Below, piece after piece: positions 1 to 7,364 of a stretch of DNA of 64,000 bases. The notes beneath the pieces are model-generated. The model was not told where the DNA came from. It did not search any database and saw only the letters and a list, made by a program, of their open reading frames with translations. The DNA is taken from the NCBI GenBank assembly GCA_021812365.1, contig JAKANQ010000001.1, positions 32,763 through 96,762 of the forward strand, read 5' to 3'. The first letter of the stretch is position 1. Every line of letters begins with the position of its first letter. The position numbers and the translations under genes were made by a program. Source of the stretch: a bacterium. GTDB taxonomy: Bacteria; Patescibacteriota; Minisyncoccia; UBA6257; GWB1-50-10.

Positions 1-271
1 CGACTATGAAAATACTAAAGCCCCAGATATATACCTTTTTGCGTCCTATGGTATCACCCAGTTTGCCCCAAATAGGAACAAATACCGCATTTGCAAGGAT
101 ATACGCAGTGGCAATCCATCCCGCGGACGCAACGGTAATACTGAACTCGTTTATTATCTTAGGAAGCGCAAGATTGACTATGGTCTGGTCGAGCCGACCT
201 AAAAATGTGCCCACAATGACAGTGAGCAATATCCACCATCGCAATTTTGAATCCTTTTGGCCATTTTCCAT
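1..271 (-). CDS. MFS transporter, DHA2/EmrB-like, N-terminal part (gene continues beyond window start)
   Basis: Minus-strand open frame from ATG at 271 to the window edge translates MENGQKDSKLRWWILLTVIVGTFLGRLDQTIVNLALPKIINEFSITVASAGWIATAYILANAVFVPIWGKLGDTIGRKKVYIWGF. The LDQTIVNxALP plus GxLxDxxGRK motifs are typical of DHA2 drug:H+ antiporters. The ATG lies 4 nt after the stop of the upstream HlyD-like ORF. The ORF is absent from the track because it runs off the edge. Confidence 0.6.
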   Translation of the reverse strand, partial: MENGQKDSKLRWWILLTVIVGTFLGRLDQTIVNLALPKIINEFSITVASAGWIATAYILANAVFVPIWGKLGDTIGRKKVYIWGFSIFIV

Positions 272-274
272 CTA

Positions 275-958
275 TTATTTTGTATATACCGTTATCTTTG
301 CGGACATGCCATCCTTCAACTCCGGATAATCCGCCACATTAAAGCGCACCTTCACATCAAATTTTTTCACGGGTCTTTTATCGGAAATTGAGAACGTAAC
401 TCCCGTATCGTCCGATGTTTGACTCACGCTTTCCACAACCCCGACATATGTTTTATTTCCGAATGTATCGACGGTGAATGTGGCTTGCTGGCCCGGCTTA
501 ATCATTTCCAATCCCTTAGTCTCTTCAAGAGCTCCCACCACTCTCATATCTTCGGGGTGAACCATTGAAACGATTGGATTTCCGGGAGCGAAAAATGTTC
601 CAATGTTGTTTGAAGTACTTACCACGATACCGCTTTGTTTCGAAGCGACGATTTCGGTTCCCACCAATGCGACGGGAGTATTTGCGGCAATCACATCTCC
701 CTCCTTCACATAAAGCGCATTCAATGTTCCGGCAACATTTCCGGAAAGATTGATCATCGGGACATTTATTTCCGAATTTTCAATGAATACCGTTCCCGCG
801 TTCGCCTGCCAAAAAAGGAACCCACCCAACAGCAAAAAGACGGCAACCATACCTGCAATGCTTTGTATTACGGATTTGCTGAATATACCCCCCTTTTTCT
901 CGTTTTTTTCTTCCATATAATTGATTTTATTTGTGTGACACAATTTCAATAGCAGCAA
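275..958 (-). CDS. HlyD-family membrane-fusion-like protein (short; TM anchor plus lipoyl/beta-barrel region)
   Basis: 227 aa. N-terminal TM helix (IAGMVAVFLLLGGFLFW), then a VKEGDVIAANTPVALV lipoyl-like hairpin and beta-rich segments typical of periplasmic adaptor subunits. Sits between the EmrA-like ORF and the MFS gene. Confidence 0.5.
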   Translation of the reverse strand: MLLLKLCHTNKINYMEEKNEKKGGIFSKSVIQSIAGMVAVFLLLGGFLFWQANAGTVFIENSEINVPMINLSGNVAGTLNALYVKEGDVIAANTPVALVGTEIVASKQSGIVVSTSNNIGTFFAPGNPIVSMVHPEDMRVVGALEETKGLEMIKPGQQATFTVDTFGNKTYVGVVESVSQTSDDTGVTFSISDKRPVKKFDVKVRFNVADYPELKDGMSAKITVYTK

Positions 959-2087
959 TGTTCGGTATCGCTATCTGTCCCGCCGTTATGGACACATTTG
1001 TTATTGTTCCATCAATGGGCGCGACGATGATGGTGTTGTTATATGCACTTTGCGCAATCTGTAATGCTCCTTCCATACTTTGTACTTGGGCTTTCGCTAT
1101 TTCCAGATCTTCTGATCTCGCCGGAGCTTGTTTTAATGCCAGCGCCGCTTTTGCTTGTGCTAGCGAGAATTGAGCATTCTTCACCGCTTGAGCATACAAA
1201 TTGATGGAATCATATGTCGCATCAACCGCCGATTTTTGAGAAGCTGCGGACAACTGGTATGCGTTGAGGGTGGCGCGGCTGCTTTCGCGCGTGACCTGAG
1301 TGTAATTGGTCAAAAGCGAAATGAAATCAACAAAATATGCGCGAACAATCGCGGAATAATTTAAGGAGTCATCAACGACTTTATTCACGGTATTGTCAGA
1401 AATGGATGATACCTCGTCTTGCCAAGCGGCCAAATCGGAATTGATCATCTGTCGCTCGTTGTTCACTTTATTCACGAGATCGGGGTTTGTTTGAACCGTA
1501 TCTGAGATGAAGAATTGAGGACTCAGCGATTGAGGATTGTTGAATGAATTATTCGTACCTATGAGAACCGCTGTTTTTACATTGTTATACGCACTGGTGA
1601 GTTCGTTTTGAAGATTTTGCTTTGCATTGCTCAACGCGGCGGAAGCGGAATCGACAGATGCCTGAGAGACCGCGATATCCGGAGTAAACGCGCCGTTCAT
1701 CAATTTATTGTAATTTGTTTGAGCTACCAAATATGCTGCTTTCGCTTGATTGATCGCTCCAATCGCATTTTCCGCATCAAGACTTGCGAGCACTGTTCCT
1801 GCTTTCACGGTATCACCTATCTTCACTGATACATCTTTAATTCTTCCGCCCGTAGCGAACGCAAGTGTTAGGTCTTGTGAGGCCGACTGTGCGGTCGATG
1901 ATGACAATGCGCCTATCTCCGCGGTTCTCCTTGAGAGAGCGTTTTTGTGGCTTACCACGCTTGCTATGCCGACGGAAAGGGCGATTACACTTGCAATTCC
2001 TATCGCAAGTTTTGGCGTTGAAATTATTTTTTTAAGATGTTGTTTCATGTTTATTCTATTGATTGATATATTGAAAATGCTGGCCAT
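927..2087 (-). CDS. HlyD/EmrA-like periplasmic adaptor (membrane fusion protein) with long coiled-coil
   Basis: 386 aa. N-terminal TM anchor, lipoyl half-motifs (VKIGDTVKAGTVLASLD and IVAPIDGTITNV), and about 250 aa of Ala/Gln-rich coiled-coil. The start may instead be the internal Met at 2048. Overlaps the downstream ORF by 32 nt. Confidence 0.55.
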   Translation of the reverse strand: MASIFNISINRINMKQHLKKIISTPKLAIGIASVIALSVGIASVVSHKNALSRRTAEIGALSSSTAQSASQDLTLAFATGGRIKDVSVKIGDTVKAGTVLASLDAENAIGAINQAKAAYLVAQTNYNKLMNGAFTPDIAVSQASVDSASAALSNAKQNLQNELTSAYNNVKTAVLIGTNNSFNNPQSLSPQFFISDTVQTNPDLVNKVNNERQMINSDLAAWQDEVSSISDNTVNKVVDDSLNYSAIVRAYFVDFISLLTNYTQVTRESSRATLNAYQLSAASQKSAVDATYDSINLYAQAVKNAQFSLAQAKAALALKQAPARSEDLEIAKAQVQSMEGALQIAQSAYNNTIIVAPIDGTITNVSITAGQIAIPNIAAIEIVSHK

Positions 2088-2225
2088 CTAGAGCTAGAAC
2101 CGACCAGGTTCAAGCCCTGTAAAGCGGATTTGAACTAATTTTAACCTATTTCACGACGCATCTCGAGCGCTCCATATTTTCTAGAAAGTGACAAAAGTGA
2201 CACAAGAATGGGACTTTAGTGCGTC

Positions 2226-2648
2226 CTAGTATCTTCGTAATCCAGTTTTATCCAATATTACCCGAACAGTTAAATAGCAAGCGGGATAAAGGATTACGGT
2301 ACCTGTGATGGTAAGCCAATTACTGGCGAAAACATCCGATCCCCAAATTAAACCAATAACAAAAAGGATTCCAAAATAAAGATAGTTGTATAGCACGCTA
2401 CCCAACATTCCCCAACGACCCAATACGGCTCTAACCGCTGCGATAATAAGTATCACCGCGAGTACCACGATAATTGATAACCAATGTGCCGACAGAAACG
2501 ACAACAAGGCATTCCACAACATGCGATATGCCTGCTTCGTTCCCTCATCAATAGCATTAAAAAACGCATCAAGCGTTTTCTTTGTAAACTCGGTTCCTGT
2601 CGCTGTGCTAGTAGAGTTCATTTTTGAGATTAAAACACATGACCCCAA
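2226..2648 (-). CDS. small polytopic membrane protein (3 predicted TM helices), last gene of the TIR operon
   Basis: 140 aa. Soluble N-terminus of about 50 aa, then three hydrophobic helices. Overlaps the upstream TIR-like gene by 19 nt, indicating translational coupling. Confidence 0.5.
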   Translation of the reverse strand: MGSCVLISKMNSTSTATGTEFTKKTLDAFFNAIDEGTKQAYRMLWNALLSFLSAHWLSIIVVLAVILIIAAVRAVLGRWGMLGSVLYNYLYFGILFVIGLIWGSDVFASNWLTITGTVILYPACYLTVRVILDKTGLRRY

Positions 2649-3181
2649 CTTAAATAAGTATCCTTGGAATAATAAGATAAGCCGCTTTTGGGAAGTTTAT
2701 TGAAATCAAATTGTGAAACTGCATCTGCTATTGGCTCTTTTTTGAAAGGTACATGAATAACCATAGCGGTTTTATTATTAATACGTTCAGTGAGAGCCTT
2801 TGGCCAAAGAGAAGATAAGGCGACAGGATCCATAATTCTTTCATAACCCGTGTATGCCGCAATGATTGGCATTTTACAGTTATCTACAGCGTGAGCTATT
2901 TCAAATGGAATCCAGTCTGTGTCTAGACGAGTCGTCGGACCGATAATCAATAGAAGATGTTTTGAATTATTCATCCTTTCTCTGAGCGCACGCCTCAAAG
3001 TTTCTTTGGTGCTTGAATCTCTAACATCACGTTTTTCGTGACTGTTTATAAATTTAAAATCTCCATCTTCATCTCTCACTTTCCACATTCGGAGCGTATT
3101 GTAATACTTCATGTCCGAATCTGTTGGATCTGAAGTATTGTTAGCATGAAATGCTACATATGTGCCGTTTCTATAGTTCAT
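2630..3181 (-). CDS. TIR-like domain protein (DUF1863/ThsB-type)
   Basis: 183 aa. N-terminal TYVAFHANNTSD matches the TIR betaA-type F-x-S-[FY]-x-x-D pattern. A central hydrophobic strand HLLLIIGPTT is followed by DWIPFEIAHAV, a W-x-x-FE motif with a candidate catalytic Glu. Overall layout resembles Thoeris ThsB as I recall it. Confidence 0.55.
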   Translation of the reverse strand: MNYRNGTYVAFHANNTSDPTDSDMKYYNTLRMWKVRDEDGDFKFINSHEKRDVRDSSTKETLRRALRERMNNSKHLLLIIGPTTRLDTDWIPFEIAHAVDNCKMPIIAAYTGYERIMDPVALSSLWPKALTERINNKTAMVIHVPFKKEPIADAVSQFDFNKLPKSGLSYYSKDTYLSWGHVF

Positions 3182-3183
3182 AG

Positions 3184-3786
3184 TTATTTCTCCTTTTGTT
3201 TTTTGTGGATCATTATCAGATATAAAATAATTGAGATCGAGAGAAGAATAAAAATAATTACATTAAGAAACGAACTGAGCGACAATCCGCTAATACAAGC
3301 GGCTTTAATTTCCCCGTATATTTTCGTAGCACTTATAGCAAGCAAGAGTAATGGGAAAATTATCGTATAAAGTGTCCACATCCAATCAGAAAAGATTGGG
3401 TATCGATCAAGATATGATTTTCCCTCTCGCGTAATGATGTCCTCGCCAGACTCCTTGTTTAGAGACTCCTCGATTTTATGGACGTAGGAATATTGTCTTT
3501 CAACAAAAACGGCTACTTGAAAATAGCGGATTGTGAAGATAAGCAAAAGAAACCATGCAATATTCCCTATAATAGCTAGATCTAATTTAAGATTTAAGCC
3601 AAATTTAAAATTTAAAAAATCATTAACTACAACATCGGATGTAATTGGAGAAATTATTTGAAAGGCCAAAAAACCAAGAGCGAGGACGACAAAAATCATT
3701 AAGCGATCACGCCTTTTCACACTCTCATTAATAATTGCACAAGTGTCTTTATAGTGATCGTAAATTATTGATATTTTTTCAGACAT
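3184..3786 (-). CDS. polytopic membrane protein (4 predicted TM helices), no recognisable soluble domain
   Basis: 200 aa. TM helices near LMIFVVLALGFLAFQII, LAIIGNIAWFLLLIFTI, TLYTIIFPLLLLAISA and FLNVIIFILLSISIILYLIMI. Sits between two TIR-like genes, with 2 nt and 8 nt junctions. Confidence 0.5.
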   Translation of the reverse strand: MSEKISIIYDHYKDTCAIINESVKRRDRLMIFVVLALGFLAFQIISPITSDVVVNDFLNFKFGLNLKLDLAIIGNIAWFLLLIFTIRYFQVAVFVERQYSYVHKIEESLNKESGEDIITREGKSYLDRYPIFSDWMWTLYTIIFPLLLLAISATKIYGEIKAACISGLSLSSFLNVIIFILLSISIILYLIMIHKKQKEK

Positions 3787-4234
3787 ACCTACGAATAAAC
3801 TGGTTGGGATAAGGGGCTTCGTCGAGAGCCTTTAGTATGTTTGCTTCTGTAAACGAATATACCCAAGCGGCCCTTGATCCTAAAAGTTCTTCAGGAGATT
3901 CAAACGTTCTATCTAATTTAACTGCTGCGATTCGCTTACCAAGATCAATACTTTGCCGCACTTCGAAGTTTATCCAATTTTTATATCCAATGAGGCCACG
4001 ATTTCTGTGTGGGGAGTTTGCATGTTCACCAACAATCACGAGTGTATGAGTAGCATCTTTTATCTTGGATGTAAGCGCCGCCTTTATTCTTCCGACATTT
4101 GAGCTATTAATTTCTTCTGGAGTAGCATCGTCAAATACAAATTTGAACTTTGGATTTTCATTCCAAGCTTCGAGTAGGTATTTATAATGCTTGTCGTTGT
4201 CGTAATCAAAACTGACAAATACTGAAGGTTTCAT
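3779..4234 (-). CDS. TIR-like domain protein (DUF1863/MTH538-type), second copy
   Basis: 151 aa. SVFVSFDYDNDKHYKYLLEAW is a classic TIR-like N-terminus. THTLVIVGEHANS is followed by NWINFEVRQSI, the same W-x-x-FE motif seen in the 183-aa paralog. Confidence 0.55.
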   Translation of the reverse strand: MKPSVFVSFDYDNDKHYKYLLEAWNENPKFKFVFDDATPEEINSSNVGRIKAALTSKIKDATHTLVIVGEHANSPHRNRGLIGYKNWINFEVRQSIDLGKRIAAVKLDRTFESPEELLGSRAAWVYSFTEANILKALDEAPYPNQFIRRYV

Positions 4235-4245
4235 TTTGTGTTTGT

Positions 4246-4485
4246 TTAATTTTTCCTATCTTTCGGCGGATTCGGATCCTTGCCGTAGCTATCTTTATCA
4301 CTGATTTTGCCATCCTTGTTGTGAATGACATGCTCAACTCCTGCTTTTTTAGCTTCGCGAATAGATTTTTCTTCGGCAGTTTCTTTAGTGTGAGAAGAAG
4401 AAACAGGTTTTTGCTGACCCTCTTTCTTGGTTTCCCACATACCACGGTCGGAGTTATAAACCGTATGAATGTTCTTTTTTGACAT
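4246..4485 (-). CDS. DUF2188-family small protein
   Basis: 79 aa. HTVYNSDRGMWETKKEG ... ELVIHNKDGKISDKDSYGKDPNPPKD matches the DUF2188 signature (hVvP..GWavk..G ... IHg.DG.I.d..SYG.DP.PP.D). Confidence 0.55.
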   Translation of the reverse strand: MSKKNIHTVYNSDRGMWETKKEGQQKPVSSSHTKETAEEKSIREAKKAGVEHVIHNKDGKISDKDSYGKDPNPPKDRKN

Positions 4486-4487
4486 GG

Positions 4488-5147
4488 TTAACTTGATTTT
4501 GGTTTTTTAATTACGTCTACGACCTTTCCGCTGATCTGAAAATCATCTCCTCTGTGAACGAATATAGGCATGAATGTTTCGGTGGATTCAGACTCAAGCA
4601 CAATCTGATCGTGTTCTTTATCTTCCTTGTAGCGTTTAATGGTGCCCATGCCGTCGATAACCGCCACCACGATATCTCCATTTTTAGGATTCTTGTAGGT
4701 GCTATCAACCACGACAAAATCACCATCCTCAATGGTTGGACCATCGGGACGTACCTTCGCCAAATTCATAGACAGACCATCTGCAACGAGAACAAAGAGG
4801 TCCTGCTTCTTACGGGGTAGCATTTTAGCGGAAACCTTGAGGTATCCCTCTGTTCGACTTTCCGCGAATATGGTTGCTGGCCCGCAATTTGCAGCTCCCA
4901 CGATAGGAAGGGAGTAGAACAGGCTCTTAGCGGCTGATTTAAGGTTAAAGCCCCTGCTTACGGGCTTTATAACGCCCTTATCGAGGTTAACCTGCAATAA
5001 CCCAGCTTTTCCCAGCTGGATCAGGTGGTGTTTCACGATCTGGGGCTTGTTTTCCACCCCGATGAGTTTAGCGATTTGGCGATAGCTCAAAGACTCCAAA
5101 TTTTGATGTTTTGAGAGGTTTAATATTGCGGCCTGGATTTTATGCAT
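4488..5147 (-). CDS. LexA/cI-like S24-family transcriptional repressor (HTH plus autopeptidase)
   Basis: 219 aa. N-terminal HTH (LSYRQIAKLIGV). C-terminal S24 fold with the Ser in VADGLSMN and the Lys in GTIKRYK. An internal GPA cleavage-site candidate is present. First gene of the minus-strand operon; divergent from a plus-strand promoter. Confidence 0.65.
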   Translation of the reverse strand: MHKIQAAILNLSKHQNLESLSYRQIAKLIGVENKPQIVKHHLIQLGKAGLLQVNLDKGVIKPVSRGFNLKSAAKSLFYSLPIVGAANCGPATIFAESRTEGYLKVSAKMLPRKKQDLFVLVADGLSMNLAKVRPDGPTIEDGDFVVVDSTYKNPKNGDIVVAVIDGMGTIKRYKEDKEHDQIVLESESTETFMPIFVHRGDDFQISGKVVDVIKKPKSS

Positions 5148-5153
5148 GCCTTA

Positions 5154-5182
5154 ATATTAGCATACTTTTTGGCTGTTTGCAA
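5154..5182 (-). promoter_or_regulatory. candidate sigma70-type promoter (TTGCAA, 17 nt spacer, TAATAT) about 6 nt upstream of the repressor ATG; implies a leaderless mRNA
   Basis: On the minus strand: TTGCAAacagccaaaaagtatgcTAATATtaaggcATG. Confidence 0.35.
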
Positions 5183-5209
5183 GCTCGTCCGTAAATAAGT
5201 TTTACACGG

Positions 5210-5237
5210 TTGACACTATCTCGGGTGGTTATATAAT
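5210..5237 (+). promoter_or_regulatory. sigma70-like promoter (TTGACA, 16 nt spacer, TATAAT) for the small zinc-ribbon gene, divergent from the repressor
   Basis: TTGACActatctcgggtggttaTATAATggaactATG. A nearby inverted repeat GTAAAtaagtTTTAC (5191-5205) may be an operator. Confidence 0.5.
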
Positions 5238-5243
5238 GGAACT

Positions 5244-5528
5244 ATGTCCATGCAAAAGGTCGGTGAAAATCGGTTTCTGTATCGTTGCCCTAAATGTGAT
5301 ATGCCTATGCTGGAAAAGGTGGGGTCTAAACTTCTCCTTTTGCAACACTACAAGGGGCAGCGTGTTAAAACCGAGATAGAACGGGATTTGATAGCTCCCA
5401 CCAACAAGCTCACTATTCGGTGCGGCTCATGTAAAGAAGGAGCACAAACGTTTCTTCACTTCACAGAAATAATCAGAATGGGAGAATCCACTTCGGCGAA
5501 AGTAGTTGAGGTAGGTAGCGTGGTATAA
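5244..5528 (+). CDS. small zinc-ribbon protein (CxxC ... CxxC), cro/regulator-like position
   Basis: 94 aa. Cys pairs at YRCPKCDMP and IRCGSCKEG. Lies immediately downstream of a near-consensus promoter. Confidence 0.45.
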   Translation: MSMQKVGENRFLYRCPKCDMPMLEKVGSKLLLLQHYKGQRVKTEIERDLIAPTNKLTIRCGSCKEGAQTFLHFTEIIRMGESTSAKVVEVGSVV

Positions 5529-5561
5529 TAGGAGCGTAGGTTAACAATTTAACAGAGCATC

Positions 5562-5625
5562 GTCTGGAACGCCCAGACATTCATCTATACCAAATGGTAT
5601 GGGTGCGTGTCTGGGCGTTTTTTGT
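5562..5625 (+). terminator. rho-independent terminator with an alternative upstream hairpin (attenuator-like)
   Basis: acgcccagaca (5569-5579) can pair either with upstream gtctgg (5562-5567) or with downstream tgtctgggcgt (5608-5618), which is followed by TTTTTT. Lies in the leader of the ParB-MTase gene. Confidence 0.5.
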
Positions 5626-5683
5626 TTATCGAGTAAAGGTCGACGGTAAACATTCAAACGCCTCAACAAAAATAAACAAAAAC

Positions 5684-6976
5684 ATGAAACATCTAACTTG
5701 GCACAATGAAATAAGGAAAGTTAAGGACCTCATTCCCTGTGGTTCCAACCCACGCGTTATATCAGATAAAGAGCTTCGGGATCTTAAAAAAAGTATTAAG
5801 CGTTCAGGATATGCGGAGATTATCGCAATTGATGTTGATGGGGAAATTGTTGCAGGTAATCAGAGGCATCGCGCTCTTATGGAAATGGGTATGGGTGACA
5901 CAGAGGTAGATGTCCGGGCTCCGAGCCGTAAGCTCACAAAAGAAGAGTTCGATCGCTACCTTATAGCAAGCAACGCGCTTGGTGGCACTTGGGATTTTGA
6001 GAAGCTTAAATCGTTCAATCTCGATGAATTGATCGACATTGGATTCGATAAAAAAGAACTGGAGAATATTTGGACCGAAAATCTTGAGGTTGAAGATGAT
6101 GATTTTAACGAAACCGCTGAACTTAAAAAGATAAAGATTGCCAAAACCAAGCGCGGTGATTTAATCGCGCTTGGTCCTCATAAGCTTCTTTGCGGGGATT
6201 CTACCAAGCCTGAAACGCTCAAGCGGTTATTCGGGAAAGAACGCGCTTCTGTAATTTATAGCGACCCCGTTTATAATCTCCGTGGTGGTGTTGATTACAA
6301 CAAGGGCATCGGCGGCCGCGCAAATTATGGTGGCCATGTAAACGACACCCGCACCGACGATGAATACCGGGATTTTATTCGGAAAAGTCTTGAGTGCGCC
6401 CTTTCCGTGACTAAAGAAGATGCCCATGTCTTCTATTGGAACGACGAATCGAATATTTGGTTAATCCAAACCCTTTACCGTGAGCTAGGAATAGCGAACA
6501 AGCGCGTTTGTTTGTGGCTCAAGAACGGACAGAACCCGACTCCTGGCGTTGCATTCAATAAGTGCTATGAGCCATGCATTTACGGGGTTCGCGGAAAGCC
6601 ATATATCTCAAAGAACTTGCAGAACCTGAACGAGGTGATGAATAAGGAAATCACGACTGGCAACAGTCTCCTTGAAGAAACGCTTGATCACTTGGATGTG
6701 TGGATGGTAAGGCGTCTTTCTGGCAAAAGTTATGAACACGCCACGAGTAAACCAACCAAGCTTCACGAAAAAGCAATTCGGAGATGTACCTGTCCGGGTG
6801 AAATTATCTTGGATAGCTTTCTAGGCTCTGGCAGCACGTTAATCGCGGCCGAACAATTGAAGCGTCGCGTCTATGCCATCGAACTTGAGCCTATCTTCTG
6901 TGATCTTGCAATTAAACGGTATGAACGGCTCAGCGGGAAAAAGGCAAAAGTAATCCACCACTATGAAGAAGAATAA
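5684..6976 (+). CDS. ParB-like nuclease domain fused to a beta-class N4/N6 DNA methyltransferase (phage-type)
   Basis: N-terminal ParB/Srx-like domain (EIIAIDVDGEIVAGNQRHRA). MTase motif IV variant SDPVY and motif I LDSFLGSGST in IV-then-I order. The track ORF starts at 5594, but that extension crosses the terminator, so the Met at 5684 is the likely start. Confidence 0.6.
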   Translation: MKHLTWHNEIRKVKDLIPCGSNPRVISDKELRDLKKSIKRSGYAEIIAIDVDGEIVAGNQRHRALMEMGMGDTEVDVRAPSRKLTKEEFDRYLIASNALGGTWDFEKLKSFNLDELIDIGFDKKELENIWTENLEVEDDDFNETAELKKIKIAKTKRGDLIALGPHKLLCGDSTKPETLKRLFGKERASVIYSDPVYNLRGGVDYNKGIGGRANYGGHVNDTRTDDEYRDFIRKSLECALSVTKEDAHVFYWNDESNIWLIQTLYRELGIANKRVCLWLKNGQNPTPGVAFNKCYEPCIYGVRGKPYISKNLQNLNEVMNKEITTGNSLLEETLDHLDVWMVRRLSGKSYEHATSKPTKLHEKAIRRCTCPGEIILDSFLGSGSTLIAAEQLKRRVYAIELEPIFCDLAIKRYERLSGKKAKVIHHYEEE

Positions 6977-7364
6977 AAAGCAAAGTGAATTTTTGGAGCA
7001 ACTCAAGAAGATTCCTATTGTTTCCGTAGCTGCGGAGAAAACCGGCCTCTCGCGCAACAGTATCTATCGTTGGAAGCGGGATGATAAGGAATTTGAGAAG
7101 ACCATGGAAGATGCTCTCGCAGAGGGCGAAGCCCTTATTAACGATATGAGTGAGAGCCAACTACTCTCGTTCATCAAGGATAAGAGTTGGCAAGCGGTGT
7201 CATTTTGGTTGCGTCACAGAAACCCGAAGTTCCGCGAGCGCGTGGAAGTAACGGCGAAAATTGAAAATATTGAGTCGCTCACGCCAGAACAAGAAGATAT
7301 TGTTCGGAAAGCATTAGAGCTTGAATCGCAGGAAAAAGAATTACCAAAAGAGATACAAGTATGA
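6963..7364 (+). CDS. phage terminase small subunit-like HTH protein
   Basis: 133 aa. HTH (TGLSRNSIYRWKRDD). Overlaps the upstream ParB-MTase gene by 14 nt. Its stop overlaps the start of the large-subunit gene (ATGA). Confidence 0.5.
   Translation: MKKNKKQSEFLEQLKKIPIVSVAAEKTGLSRNSIYRWKRDDKEFEKTMEDALAEGEALINDMSESQLLSFIKDKSWQAVSFWLRHRNPKFRERVEVTAKIENIESLTPEQEDIVRKALELESQEKELPKEIQV

Noticed and set aside
6-329. Plus-strand 107-aa ORF at the window start
   Set aside because: The opposite strand over the same bases encodes a convincing MFS transporter N-terminus with a DHA2 motif that continues off the window edge. The plus-strand ORF has no motif and overlaps the HlyD-like gene.
2110-2160. tRNA-like T-arm (accaggTTCAAGCcctg) at the left edge of the island, as a possible tRNA or att fragment
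   Set aside because: No complementary acceptor 5' strand could be found on either strand. The adjacent sequence does not match the tRNA-Gln repeats. It was kept only as a remark in the island-boundary finding.
4206-4445. 79-aa ORF overlapping the DUF2188 gene in another frame
   Set aside because: The DUF2188 frame has a clear family signature. The alternative frame is Lys/Arg-rich with no motif.
5594-5683. Upstream 30-codon extension of the ParB-MTase ORF as given in the track
   Set aside because: The extension runs through an intrinsic terminator hairpin plus U-tract (5569-5625). The Met at 5684 gives a sensible N-terminus.
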